64,000 nt of DNA from positions 19,964,001 to 20,028,000 of the forward strand of contig JBHGNT010000008.1 in the NCBI GenBank assembly GCA_043228905.1, in the 5' to 3' direction. The notes below the pieces were generated by a model that was given only the letters and a program-made list of their open reading frames with translations, had not been told where the DNA came from and did not search any database. The stretch's first letter is position 1, and every line of letters starts with the position of its first letter. Position numbers and translations under genes: made by a program. Below, one piece after another: positions 1-13,100 of this stretch. This stretch comes from Azolla caroliniana (Eukaryota; Plantae; Polypodiophyta).

Positions 1-19
1 TCGTTTTCTGCTCGGCGTA

Positions 20-1294
20 GTGGCAGCCGACAACTTGGAGCTGATTCAGCTAGATGTCAAAACAGCCTTCCTCCATGGTGATCTTGACGAGGAAATTTAT
101 ATGGAGCAGCCAAAAGGCTTCGTGGCAACTGGCCAAGAACATCTAGTCTGCCGACTCAGGAAGAGTCTATACGGCCTCAAACAGGCACCGCGACAATGGT
201 ACAAGAAGTTCGACGACTTCATCCAATCGATCGGCTTCTCAAAAAGCGATGAGGACCATTGTCTTTTTACCAACACAGCTCAAGATGGATCACCCATCTT
301 CCTCATCATCTACGTGAACGACATGCTAATTTCTGGACGCCACGCGGGCGAACTTGCCGATCTCATTCGGCAACTGCGGTTGAAGTTTGCCATGAAGGAC
401 CTCGGTCCGGCACGACACATCCTTGGCATGAAGATTAGTCGGCATCGCGATAAACGACATCTTTTTTTGTCTCAGACCGACTATATCGGACGTGTCTTGG
501 AACGCTTCAACATGCAATCAGCCAAATCTGCTTCAACCCCGCTCCCCATGAATCTTCGGCTCTCTCAGCGAGACTGCCCGACATCCGGTCCGGAGGGGGA
601 AGATATGAAGTCGGTACCGTATGCACCGGCAGTCGGCTCCCTTATGTACCTGATGGTCGCGACATGGCCTGATATCTCTCATGCCGTAGGAGTCGTTAGC
701 AGATTTATGCACAATCCTGGCCGATCGCATTGGAACGCAGTCAAGCATGTGTTCAGATATCTGGCTGGCACAAAAGACCACGGCATTCTTTTCGGTCCGA
801 ACCGAACCTCAGGCGTAGTCGGTTACACCAACTCGGATTTCGCCGGCTGTATAGACAGTCGGAAATCAACAACCGGATACTGCTTCAAATTCGGCAATGG
901 AGCAATCTCGTGGAAGTCGAAACTTCAGGAGTGCACAGCGACCTCAACGACCGAAGCAGAATATGTAGCTGCGTCCGACGCAGCAAAAGAAGCTTTGTGG
1001 CTCGGTCGGCTGGCGCACACGCTTCGACAAGTCGACCATGACTCGGCTCCAGTTGTCTACAGCGACAGTCAAGGTGTTGTTGCCTTGTCGAAAAATCCGG
1101 TTCACCACAACGCCTCCAAACATATCGACGTTCGATATCACTTCGTTCGGGACTGCGTCATTTCAGGGAAAATCGGTCTAGAGAAAATATCCACAACCGA
1201 CAATGTCGCAGATGGAATGACCAAGTGTCTTTCGGCAGACCGCTTTCGGTTTCTTCGGCATCAGATGGGCGTAACGACAAACCAGTCCGGTTAG
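20..1294 (+). CDS. copia pol C-terminal part (RT + RNase H), probably catalytically dead
   Basis: QLDVKTAFLHG, LKQAPRQW, STTEAEY and HIDVRYHF motifs. YVDD reads YVND and the RNase H YTDSD reads YTNSD. Confidence 0.9.
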   Translation: MAADNLELIQLDVKTAFLHGDLDEEIYMEQPKGFVATGQEHLVCRLRKSLYGLKQAPRQWYKKFDDFIQSIGFSKSDEDHCLFTNTAQDGSPIFLIIYVNDMLISGRHAGELADLIRQLRLKFAMKDLGPARHILGMKISRHRDKRHLFLSQTDYIGRVLERFNMQSAKSASTPLPMNLRLSQRDCPTSGPEGEDMKSVPYAPAVGSLMYLMVATWPDISHAVGVVSRFMHNPGRSHWNAVKHVFRYLAGTKDHGILFGPNRTSGVVGYTNSDFAGCIDSRKSTTGYCFKFGNGAISWKSKLQECTATSTTEAEYVAASDAAKEALWLGRLAHTLRQVDHDSAPVVYSDSQGVVALSKNPVHHNASKHIDVRYHFVRDCVISGKIGLEKISTTDNVADGMTKCLSADRFRFLRHQMGVTTNQSG

Positions 1295-1487
1295 AGCCGG
1301 ACACAGAGCAGGATGGTTCCCGACAACCGACATCATTTCCTTAATGATCGGCTTCAACTGTTCCGACCCGACCAGTTCGGTCTTCTGCCTTCGGACCTTG
1401 CCGACTCGAACAAAGCTGATATGTCCGAGAACCTAAGTCTATACCTGTAATCTTAGATAACCCATGTATACGCCCATTACGGGGGAG

Positions 1488-1762
1488 TGTCGAATACAAG
1501 TGTATAATGGACGTATTCACACTATCCCTTTGGGCCATTTGTGTAATTAGCATAAATGGTAGTTGCCCTAAGTCGGTCACTATATATATTGACCTTGTAA
1601 CCTTTTTGTAAGGTTGGGTGTTGTATTATTGCTTTGTGGAATAAGAAGTCTTTTGTGTCTCTCTCTCTCTCTCTGTGCAACGACTAGAAACTGTCATACG
1701 CAGGTATTCAGCACTAATCGAATGCTTCTTGATCTTCCGCATAGACGACCTCGTCTGCAACA
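1488..1762 (+). repeat. 3' LTR of copia family A (~275 bp)
   Basis: Begins TGTCG directly after the PPT and ends GCAACA. The end is inferred because the partner LTR is outside the window. Confidence 0.75.
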
Positions 1763-1970
1763 GTAACAACATGCCTCCTAGCCTACACTCCTCTACCCAC
1801 CGATTGTCTTGTTTGATCTAGGCCTTCGTTGGCCTTCTTCCCGCCGTTATGGCTTCTGTGCCCCTCGACCCGTTGGCTTTGACTACCCTCTGTCATGATG
1901 ACATTCACATTATGCTTTGAAAGCATTTGAACCCACGTCCTTGCTATACATATGTCAAATCCTTAACCAT

Positions 1971-2186
1971 TGTAATAATATGTTTATATGTATAGTTTTT
2001 AAAATATATCATCTAATATCATAACAATATTCCATATTACTCTAGAATAACCTAGAATATTCTAGAGTGTTCTATATACTAGAAGCTTCTAGAATACTCT
2101 AGAAACCTTCTAGATTATTCTATATTCTAGAACGTTCTAGAATATTCTAGAGTGTTCTATATTATTGTATAAGGACTTATCAATAG
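1971..2186 (+). repeat. TCTAGA-rich, LTR-like segment interrupted by a copia insertion (continues at 30851)
   Basis: Starts TGTAATAAT and has many TCTAGA/CTAGAA palindromic units. Ends in AATAG, which recurs at 30846-30850 as the matching TSD. Confidence 0.5.
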
Positions 2187-2848
2187 TGTAAAAACAAATA
2201 GCATGCGGAAGCAATACAGAACAGAAAACAGAGAACAGAGAACAGGTTGAATGGAGAACTTAACAGTACGCGGGAGAGACAGAGAGATAGAGAGAGAGAA
2301 CAAGAATCTCTATTCAAAAATTATATCAACGATCTGTACATCGTAAGTGTTCAGCGAACACTTTTATACAAGTCCATACGAACTGACAGAAATACAGTGT
2401 ACTTCAATGCTCACTTGAGCGTCTGACACTAACTACGAGAGTATTAACTCCCTAGTAGTCTAGTTGCTACTAGGCTTCCGGTTACTGATGGATCCGGCTA
2501 ACTGGCTCCCCATCTCACCGGCTCTTTTGCTCACCGGGTGCTCATCGGCTCACCAATCCGTCTCGCTCACCGGCTCAGGCTTATTCAGCTGATCCGGCTC
2601 CAATTGAGCCTGCCGCTCAACACTCCCCCTCAAGCTCAACTTGAGGTCCAGTCGTAGTGTCAACATCTGTGGCAACCGGTCCTTCTGCCCGGCTCCTTCT
2701 GGCGTCACTCCGTCTTGCTCGCACTCCTCGTCCGGTCCGGTTCTGTTTGTCGGGACCCTTCTTGTTCTGCGCACCCCGACCTCCTTGGTCGGCTTGTCTG
2801 CTCAACAGGCCCAATTCAGCTCCCTTGCTGATGTGACTTTAGCGCATG
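2187..2848 (-). mobile_element. copia family B 3' LTR (2187-2622) with PPT (2623-2630) and ~220 bp of 3' internal sequence
   Basis: Reverse complement of ~29010-29677. Termini TGTTGAGCGG..TTTTACA, PPT AGGGGGAG on the minus strand, flanked by AATAG (2182-2186). Confidence 0.93.
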
Positions 2849-3719
2849 CACTATGTACAGAATCACACACATTTAAAACAAGTATATCTACTTTGTTGTA
2901 CATTATGATTTATAGTGCTTATAACTTTATGGGTCGAAGCATGCTACGGTGTACCAACTTTTGGCCAAAAATTTAGTACTAAATCGAAGAAGAAAATAAA
3001 CATTAAAAATTGTAAATAAATTTCAAAAAACAAAAAACAAATTCATTACGTCACACTCAAATGCACAAAGATATTATACGTCACACTCGAAATGTCCCTA
3101 GCCATATTTAATACATTAATTGTTGCCCCAGTCTCCTAGGTAGAGTTGTACGAAAGCACACCTGGAGAAGGTATCCATTGTGATAGTTGGTCAGTCTCAA
3201 TATCTCTCTCTCTCTCTCTCTCTGGTATGGGTAGTCGAACGTGTCAATTGGTATGTCTCTCTCTCTCACTCACTCACTCACTCACTCTCTCTCTCTCTCC
3301 TGTCTCGAAGTTGTCAGACAGACAGTGGCAGAAAGTTAAAGAAAGACGACATATCTATCACAAGTCTATCTCTCTCTTTCTCTCTCTCACTCCACCTTCG
3401 AAGCTCTGTTTCTTTCTTTCTTTCTGTTTCTCTCTCTCACTCCACCTTCGATTCTCTGTTTCCCCGCGTAGTTGTTCTTGTGTTCCCCTCTGTGCCAGGT
3501 TCGATCTCTGAACTCTGTATACACAGAGATTTTTGTTTCCCCTGCTCGTTGTATGTGTTGTTGATTTTCCTTCCTTGTGTATGCTCGTTTGTCTCCTCTG
3601 CAGCAGCCTCGTCAACAACCTCTTGCATATAGGTGATTTTGAAGGCTTGGTGTGCTCCCAAGGTGTCGAAATCAACACGGTGTGGTACCTCTGCAAGTTG
3701 TACGACCTCTAGGTATTCT

Positions 3720-4270
3720 CTTTGTTGCATGCCCAACTGGTATGTTTTCTTTTTCTAAATGTTTCCTGTCTGTCTGTTTTTTATTTGCATGTGTATGGCC
3801 ATTTTTAGGGTTTGATTATTCATAGTCTATGTGTTGCATGCCCAACTGGTATGTTTTTGTTTTCTCTGTGTTTCTGTGTTTCTTTTAAAAATGTATGACA
3901 ATATTTTGATCGAGGTGGTTGTGTGTTAGACATGTTTGTACATGCAACATAAATGGAGTTGGCTATGATGAGTTGCTATGTTTTCGTTTTGTTCTTGTTT
4001 CCTGTCCATCTGTTTTATTTTGTGTGAGTTTGACATGGATGAGTGTTTTTCCGACTATTTTGGGTTTTTGTGTGTTTGACATGGCTTGTACATGCGATGT
4101 GATGGAGTTGGCTATGATGATTTACAATGTTTTCGTTTTCTTTGACTTTTGTATCCGTCTGTTTTTATTGTCTGTGTATTTGACATGGATGAGTTTTTTT
4201 CCGACTATTTAGGGTTATTGTGTGTTTGACATGGTTTGTACATGCAATGTGATGATTTGCTATGTGTTGA
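3720..4270 (+). repeat. Degenerate tandem repeats in the presumed 5' intron of the Sola accessory gene
   Basis: GTTGCATGCCCAACTGGTATGTTTT twice; GTGTGTTTGACATGG.TTGTACATGC-like unit three times at ~150-bp spacing. Confidence 0.6.
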
Positions 4271-4338
4271 TCGTAATTGCTTGAGTTTTCTTCTAGTACA
4301 TGCATATTCATTCCCTGATAATTGTGTTGACTAGGACA

Positions 4339-7300
4339 ATGACGAGAAGGACACCCATAAAGAAGACATTGATGAAAGAGAAAGTGAAGACACCAGTGAA
4401 GGAAGGAAGAAGGACACCCATGAAAGAAAGCAAGAAGACACCCACAAGAGAAAGGGTGATGAATTCATCAACACAGAGAAAGAAGATGTACCACTCCATC
4501 AGTCGAGACACACCTCTTGGATGGAATTATTTCCTTCGAGCACGACCTGACGTTTATCCAGAGCTGAGAGAGTGGTTGTTAAAAACCTGGGGGTCAGCAC
4601 ATCCCGACACAAGGCGAGGATTCCACATAAGTGGTTTGAAGAGGGAATACATGAATTTATTGAAGACGAGATACGAACATGTTTATGATACAAATCAAAT
4701 CACTAACAATGAGGTGGGTACTGTTTTTGCACGTGCTTTTGCATGTGAAGTTCAAGGTGGCATTGACGTAAATTGGGAAGATTTTAATCGGCACCGGTCA
4801 GAACATTACAAAGGGTCCTCCAGTACCAACACTGGCTTGAAGTCATCTGGAACCTCTCATGTGGATATTCTAGCTATAACACCTATCCACCAAGTTCTAG
4901 AGGCAAAGGTACGGGCCACAATGACTGAAAAGCATGAACAAATGATGGCCGGTTGCATAGCTTCTATGAGCTCAAGAATACAAACACTACTTGCTGATTT
5001 GGAAGCAGTTAAATCAGCTGAGATACAGGCAGAAAAGAAATTTTCTTCAATAAAAACTACATATGAATGGATTGCATCGACAATCCAAAATTCGGAAAGT
5101 GAGGTGTTGAAAGAGGAGTTGAAGAAAGAGCTGAACAATATGGGCACTCAATTAGGTTCACAGATAAGAGACCTTGATACTTGCAGGAATGCACATGAAG
5201 AAATAGATAATAAGTTGTCAGCCTTAAAGTTGCATTCTGAGAACCTTGCATGCTTGATGCAGGATTTAAAACAAAATGGTTTTGATACTTTGTGTCCATC
5301 TGTAATTGAGCACCCAAGTGGTATAGAAAGTACCATTATTAGTATAGCTATATCACGGTATTGGCTTTAAAAGTTATTTATTTCTACTTCTCTGGTATAA
5401 ATAAGCGAGCAGCTAATATATTATAACTTGTGTTTGCAATCTTCCAGGTGTATATTTTGTGGCCTCGGATTCAAGTTGGAGGCTATGGATGTTGTGATTA
5501 CACCATGCTTGCACACATATCATGTGTTATGTGCTAAGTATCATTTTGAGAAAGAGAATACATGTATGGACTGTAAAACTACAATTGTGGCTGAGTGGTA
5601 CTATGCTTGGGGTTTAAAAGTACACCCATACGGTATGTGGCTCTACTATTCTATTGTTTGTATTATATGATGTCAATTAACATTTGGACTAGAACTAGTG
5701 TATGCCACAATTCATACTTCAAATTTAGTGTAATCTCTAACAACTATTATGTGGAACCCTAATTATGTGGGTTAGTATTGGCAGTACTCTTAATATATAA
5801 TTGGTATGTGTAGTTGAAGGGATATTTTCCAGAATTAGTAGTACTAAAAGGGAACCAGGTACAACATCGTCCAATCTATATTGCAACTTGCCTAGTATTA
5901 GTTTAGTAAACACTATACTTATAGTACACTGTTGACTGTTAGTATTGTTTGTGTAACTTGGGAATTAGTACTAGTAATGTAATTTGGGAACAAGGTGTAT
6001 AGTAAATTGCTGAATAATAGTACAATTATTGTAATTTGGAAATGAGGTGTGTCAAACACATATCACGTTTAGTACTAATATTGTTCAAGATTAATACTGT
6101 TGGTGTAATTAGTACAAGTTATGTAACTAGGTGTGTAGAACACATATCATGTTTAGTATTGCTTGTGTGCAAAATACCAATCTACATTTGTTGGATTAGT
6201 ACTTAGTAAGTACTACATGGTTCATGATTAGTACTAGTTCTGTACTTTGTGAACTAAGTTACTAGTACATTGCTCATGATTAATACTAGTTTTGTAATTT
6301 GGGAACTGAGTAGTACTTTGTTCCTTATTAGTACTAGTTTTGTACCTTATTAGTACTAGATCAGTAATCTAGAAAATAAGTGAGTAGTACATTTTGTAGG
6401 ATTAGTACTAATTGTGTAATTTGACTAAGTCAGTGGTACATTGTTGGTATAGTACATTGTTCAGGATTAGTACTAATTGTGTAATTTGACTAAGTCAGTG
6501 GTACATTGTTCGGGATTAGTACTCCTTGTGTAATTTGCTAACTAAGTGAGTAGTATATTGTGCATGATTAGTACTACTTGTGTAAATTGGGAACTAAGTG
6601 AGCATTACATTGTTCGGGATTAGTACTCCTTGTGTAATTTGGTAACTAAGTGAGTAGTATATTGTGCATGATTAGTACTACTTGTGTAAATTGGGAACTA
6701 AGTGAGCAGTACATTGTTCGGGATTAGTACTCCTTGTGTAATTTGGTAACTAAGTGAGTAGTATATTGTGCATGATTAGTACTACTTGTGTAAATTGGGA
6801 ACTAAGTGAGCATTACATTGTTCGAGATTAGTACTCCTTGTGTAATTTGGTAACTAAGTGAGTAGTATATTGTGCATGATTAGTACTACTTGTAAATTGG
6901 GAACTAAGTGAGCAGTACATTGTTCGGGATTAGTACTAGTTCAGTGATTTAGGAAATAAGTGAGTAGTACATTGTTCAAGATTAGTACTACTTATTAATT
7001 TGACTAAGTCAGTGGTACATTTTTCAGGATTAGTACTTGTGTAATTTGGTAACTAAGTGAGTAGTATATTGTGCATGATTAGTACTACTTGTGTATATTG
7101 TGCATGATTAGTACTAATCGTGTAAATTGGGAAGTAAGTGAGCAGTACAGTGTTCCTTATTAGTACTAGTTCAATAATTTAGGAACTATGTGAGTAGTAC
7201 ATTGTTCATGATTGGTACATTGTGTAAAATGGGAAGCAGCTCTTGTGACCTACATTATATATTTTAGATGATGGTACTAACATTCAAGGTTTTTTTGTTT

Positions 7301-9058
7301 CTTGCAATGAATGTTGTAGTGTCAAGCAACTCCACGCCAGGGAAGGTAATGGAACAACCAGCCCTTGTGCCTAAACCCTCAATATCTGTTGCACATTCCA
7401 AGGTTCAGGGACCATCATTACCAATAACCTATGATTTTTATGATGAGGATGAATGTATGAGAAGGGCCATTGGAGCAGTGGAACATATGCTTCTACAAAC
7501 AAATTTCCCAAGCTCCGGTCAACATCAAGAAATAGAGCCCAATAAGAAGAGAAATGCAGTTTCTTTACAAATAGAGCCCAGTAAGAAGAGAAATGCTGCA
7601 AGAATGTTGTATGGAAACGGCAAGAAAGGCAAAGTTGAATGCAATGGTGAGTCATATAAGTTCTCACCTGTCTGGAGCATTGTCAACCTAATCCATTGTC
7701 TAATACCATGTACTTGTGTTACTAGCTGATGATGAAATGATATTTGGTGACGGAGATACGAGTCCAAAACCTGATCATGAAGACGAATTTATCACACTCC
7801 CAGGTACACGTCAAAAGCTAGACTTTGAAAACAATGATTTAGCTCATAACAACCCTATTTTTGTTGTTATTATAGATCATAACAACATTGTTGAGCACCT
7901 AGATGTTGTGGAGAAGATGACCGAGCCCACCACTTGCAATGGGGTATCTACGGCTGTACAATATGACGATGTAATATTAGGTAAAAATGTGGCCCTAAAC
8001 CCTATGTTCATTGTTTGCAAACTTTTGAGTATGTGAGTTGATACCAATATTCTTTGGAATCCCATTAATTAGGTTTACAAGAGCAGTCTGATTCCCAAGT
8101 GCAATCAAATGAATCGGGAACTTCATGGAGCACAAGTGCAGAGTCAGATTCCCATCAGAGTCAGAATCAAATTAACCTTTGCAAGGAGGCAGACTCTGGA
8201 AGCACATCTTCCACACATGAGGATTGTGAGAAAAACGAAGCATTCATATGTGAAGAGCAATTGGCATGTACAAACAACACTATGTCTAAAGAAGCCTATG
8301 AGTGTGGAAAGAATATGGCAAGTACTGAAGAGAAGATTGAAGCCCATGAAGAGTGTGGAAAGAATATGGCAAGTACTGAAGAGAAGATTGAGGCCCATGA
8401 AGAGTGTGGAAAGAATATGGCAAGTACTGAAGAGAAGACTGATTGTACTGATAATGTGCTAGTACTGTCTAAAGATTCCCATGAGGATCATGGAAAGAAC
8501 ATTGCTAGTAATGAAGAGGATCGTGGAAAGAACATCGCTTTCCCTGAAGATAAGCCTGATTGTACAGAATCCCATGAGGAGTGTAGAGCGAACAACGTTA
8601 CTAATGAAGGTGGGCCTGATTGTACTCAGAGCGAAAAACGTTGTCTTAAGAATGAGGTGACATCCACCGTACAAGAGGAGTTGACCATGACTACTGCCAC
8701 GGTCCACATACAGGAGTCTAATAAGAACGAGTGTATAGGCATCGGTGATGATGATAGGGCAATAAAGATCGCTAGGAGTACAAGCATTCAGGAGATGAGT
8801 GATAATTTGCCTATCGACAGCACCTTTGTGGATTTGTGTACAAGCATTGCAGTTGCAGAAAACATAGTTGCTCTCTCAAGCTTGCCACCAGTACAAGGTG
8901 CCCGCGCATCCACGCCTGTCTCTGATGCCTCTGATGATGAAGTGCCACTTAGTCAGCTCATACCTAAAGGCTTTAAGATAAAGAAGAATGTAAAATTAGA
9001 AAAATCTGGCACCAACAAGCGCATTACAAGATCGTCCAAGTTACCCTCTAGTGCCTGA
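4339..9058 (+). CDS. Transposon-borne five-exon gene: coiled-coil + RING-H2 zinc finger + long acidic tail (~923 aa)
   Basis: Predicted exons 4339-5357, 5448-5632, 7320-7646, 7726-7980, 8073-9058. All introns GT-AG and phase-compatible (2,1,1,1); 2772 nt with no internal stop. Exon 2 encodes C-x2-C-x15-C-x-H-x2-H-x2-C-x10-C-x2-C. Confidence 0.75.
5950..7220 (+). repeat. AGTACT-rich intronic minisatellite (52-bp monomer, 104-bp dimer)
   Basis: ACTAAGTGAG recurs at 6541, 6593, 6645, 6697, 6749 and 6801 with alternating variants; monomers carry GATTAGTACT; the array decays on both sides. Confidence 0.9.
8298..8440 (+). repeat. 51-bp coding tandem repeat (ECGKNMASTEEKIEAHE, ~3 copies)
   Basis: Direct repeats visible in the DNA and in ORF 8099-9058; frame-preserving. 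Confidence 0.9.
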
Positions 9059-10112
9059 TTGTCTTTCGATTGTACTTGAACTTTAGTTGTTAGTGATGTC
9101 TGAAATTGAACTATTTGGATACCAAAATATTGTTTCAATTGCCAATGTAAAAAATCCAGTTCATGAATCTGAAATAGTTATACCAGTGTGAAATCAAGTT
9201 CATGTTTAAGGATTGCTTCTGTATTTTGCTCGTCAACATATATAAAAAACAATGGGAATATACTTTTTGATCTAAGTATTCTTATTTTACAACGTTTTGT
9301 TTCTTTTTTGAGATCATCTCCTAATCCTCGCAAAGTCTTTCAATCTATTATAGATAAAATGCTTGAAAGTCTTCTTAGCCAGAATGTGTGCAAATTGGAG
9401 GGTAACCAGAATGTGTGCAAATTGTTGAAGCAATGTGGGCCATATTTTGATGATATGATCCCAAAGGATGAACCATCCACTAACAATAGTAAGGAAACAC
9501 TTACCTTTTTGAGCTATCACAAATTATTGTTTCAGAAGTTGGATTATTTTGTTAAGGAAAGGAAGGTCTGTAATTTAAAATCCATAGCCTGGATATTCAG
9601 GACTTATATACAAGAAGTTAAAACTCAGATGGCTTCACAGGACATATCATGAAACAAAAAAGGATTCTGAGAGAATAATTTTCATTGTTGTCTTCACAGA
9701 ATTCATCGCCCCCTTTGAAGAATGAACTTACAGTAGAAAATCTTACAATATTAAAGTCTTTAATGAATTCAACTAACAATCTTCTCTTGGTAGCAAAAGA
9801 AGAGCAGATTTATGTGCCAACAGAGGACACACCAACTCTTATACAATATTTTTACTCATTTTAACATGGCTCTGCAAAACTCCTATGCTCAAATAACATC
9901 AAGAAACATGAGCAATATCGGCAATGAAGAAATCCAAGTCCTATTGACAACAGCTAATATATTATGAAAGATAAGTACAAGTGGTTGAGAGGCATAAACA
10001 CTTTGGAAGAAAGACGAAATATATCAATTCATTTGTCAATCATCAAAATTAATAGTGAACTCCAAGTGGATGTTTTTCAGTTTTCTGGTACAATGTATTG
10101 ATAGGGTGACTT

Positions 10113-13100
10113 TCAAGCATTAAATAGAGAGACCTCCCCTAATATGTGCTCATGAACCTCTTGGGGGACCTTGTAGACAGTGTTGTATCCCTTAACCTTG
10201 TGCTTTGCTTGAGTCATATTGAATTTGATCGCAAGAATGGCATCAGCGTAGATTATTGCGATGGGTGCTTCTTTTAGTAATGCATATGTGTTCTTGCACT
10301 GCGGCAACTTTGCATAATAGTTTCCATACACGATAGACTCACCAACGTTGAAATTGTTGCCCCAACCATCCCTCACCACTTCTTTCAATAATGTCTTTCC
10401 TTGCTTGCACACCACAATGTAGTAGTCTTCTAAATCTTCATTCTGAGGATATTTGAGCACTGCAAAATGATCTCCAACTTCCAATAAAACTGCCAAGTCT
10501 TGATTTTGGTTGTAGTATACAATATCGTTTGAATGCACATCCTCTTCAATATCATCTTGTCGTTCAAGCTCAAGCTTCTGTAGCTTCCAGGGCTCCAAGA
10601 TTGATAGGTTGATGCATTTATCCCAAGCTTCATCTAGACACATGGAACAAAAGCATGATAAACTACGGAGTAACAATTGGGTTGTGTCCTTGCGGCTAAA
10701 CCCTAACACACAATGGGTGCTGCGTGTGCCTTTCACGGTTTTACAACCATATGATTTAGTTATATATCGACCTCATCAGCGCGAACTTCAACAAACAATC
10801 TGTTCTTACCATCATTTGACATCTTCCATGTTAGCCACTGCACAACATCATGTGCATTTTGTAACTTAGCGCCATTATTATCCAACTACTCACTTGTAAG
10901 GGCACGTTTGATCACAGCCCCCGCGCCATCATGCTCTCCTTTTCCATGTCCAGACCCGAAGTAATTCCATTGCATGCGAATATTGAATAAGGAGAAATAC
11001 CTGCTTTGGTATCTCAGGTTTCCAACAAAATTAGTACTATGTTGTCAATTGAGAGTACTACACTTCCATTAATACTGATTTAGTACAAATACAAAACAAA
11101 GCATAGCACAATGTATCCATTGAGAACACTCTACACTTATTAAAAGATAAATAGTACTATGTTGTCGACCAACAGTACCTGGCATCCATTTAATACTAAC
11201 TTAGTATGGATATAGCACAAAGTATAGTACAATGAGTTCATGGAAAGCACTCTACATGTATTAACAAATAAATAGTACAAAATGTTCAATATCGGATAGT
11301 ACAATACAATGTGTCCATGGAGAACACAACCCTCCTTAGAAGATCATTAGTACTACAAGACATGTACTTTACATCCCCCAATAAACACTGATTTAGTATA
11401 GATACAACACATAGTACAATACAGTGTGTTCATGGAGAACGCTGAACATTGATTAATAGATAATCAGTACCACACAGTGTGTTTAAAAGATGAGTACAAG
11501 ATGAGTACAATACTATGAGTACAACATGAGTAAATACTGATTTAGTACAATTCTCTTAAGGACGGACAATACTATGAGTACAAGATGAGTACTTTACATC
11601 ATCCTATAAACACAACATAGTACAGATACAACACACAACATAGTACAATGTGTCTATGGAGAACCCTTCACATGGATTAAAACATAATTAGTACAATTCT
11701 CTTAAGGACGGACAATAATATAAGTACAAGATGAGTACTTTACATCATTTTGTAAACACAACATAGTATAGAACCAACACACAACATAGTACAATGTGTC
11801 TATGGAGAACACTTCACATGGATAAAAAGATAATTAGTACAATTCTCTTAAGGACGGACAATACTATGAGTACAAGATGAGTACTTTACATCCTTCTGTA
11901 AACACAACATAGTACAATGTGTCTATGGAGAACACTTCACGTGGATTAAAAGTTACTTAGTACAACATAATACAAACAAAATTAGTATGCATGCATCCAT
12001 TCACAAGTGCAAGATTCGAATAGTTACAAACATAATTAGTATGCATCCATGTGAATAGTATTGTTTGTTAATAGTTACAAACATAATTAGTATGCATCCA
12101 CTAACACAAGAATTACTTCCTTACACATTGCATGATAAGTACTAAACATATGGATTAAAAATTACCTGGCGATAAAGTAGAACGATCGTGCTGCCTTAAA
12201 CTGTGAGGCAGCACCATCAGACCAAACCCAATGACGGTTAAAGGTTAACCCTAGAGAAAATAAATCTGCATGGTGAAGCTTAAAACAATGTTGAACAAAT
12301 AGTGTATCATGCTTTTTATCATCTGAAATGTAAAATATTGATTTCTTATGTAACTCATCGTCTTGCCTCCAAATAGCAAATATGTACAAGTATTGTACAT
12401 TGATCATTGTACCAATGCATTGATTGAACCTCATTTTGAACTTTAAATGTATAGTTTTCTGCAAAATCAATAACGGATACGATGACACCCGTTGGTAAGT
12501 TATTAATACATTCCTTGAACTGTGAATTTTGCCAATAACTCCGAAAGTTATGTGGAATAAACTCCCCAAGTTGTTTATTAAATTCTGAGACAAGGGTAGC
12601 AACACATGTCTCCTTATATACTTCCTTGATACGCTTAGTTACAACTCCCTTGCCAATATTTTCAGTCACATACTCCAAATATTTCCATTTCACGATATGA
12701 CTATTTCCCATATCAAGCTCCTGCCTACAAAATAATGGTAGCGGACAAACCTTACATGTTCTTAATAGACATGTACGACGATGCCACTCACATGATGGTT
12801 CTTTTTCACAAACACAAGACCTCCATAGCTCAGAAACGGATGCATAAGTCATGTTTCGTGCATTACACCTATTATCCTCCCCATTTGGTCTACAAATCTC
12901 ACAAGTGCAGACACATAATTTCCCGTGTATACCCTTAGAATCAGTACGCATTGCATTCACTGCTAGCCTTAACATGTCCATCTTCACATGGTACACACAA
13001 CAACATGTATTCCTCTCATTTAATTTACTAACATAAAATGGTTTCAAACCTTGGAACTTGCGGAATCCAACAGTCAAGCTTGGATGTTGGTCTTTAAAGT

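Larger units (their letters stand above)
1..1762 (+). mobile_element. Ty1/copia LTR retrotransposon (family A), 3' part, truncated by window start
   Basis: RT/RNase H ORF, then PPT GGGGGAG (1481-1487) and a TG..CA LTR (1488-1762) with a TATA-like run and CT repeat. Confidence 0.93.

Noticed and set aside
3146-3736. Overlapping ORFs rich in SLSL
   Set aside because: Translations of CT microsatellites in a probable 5' UTR or promoter.
11542-11980. 146-bp period as a nucleosome-positioning signal
   Set aside because: Only about three units; the match to core length may be coincidence.
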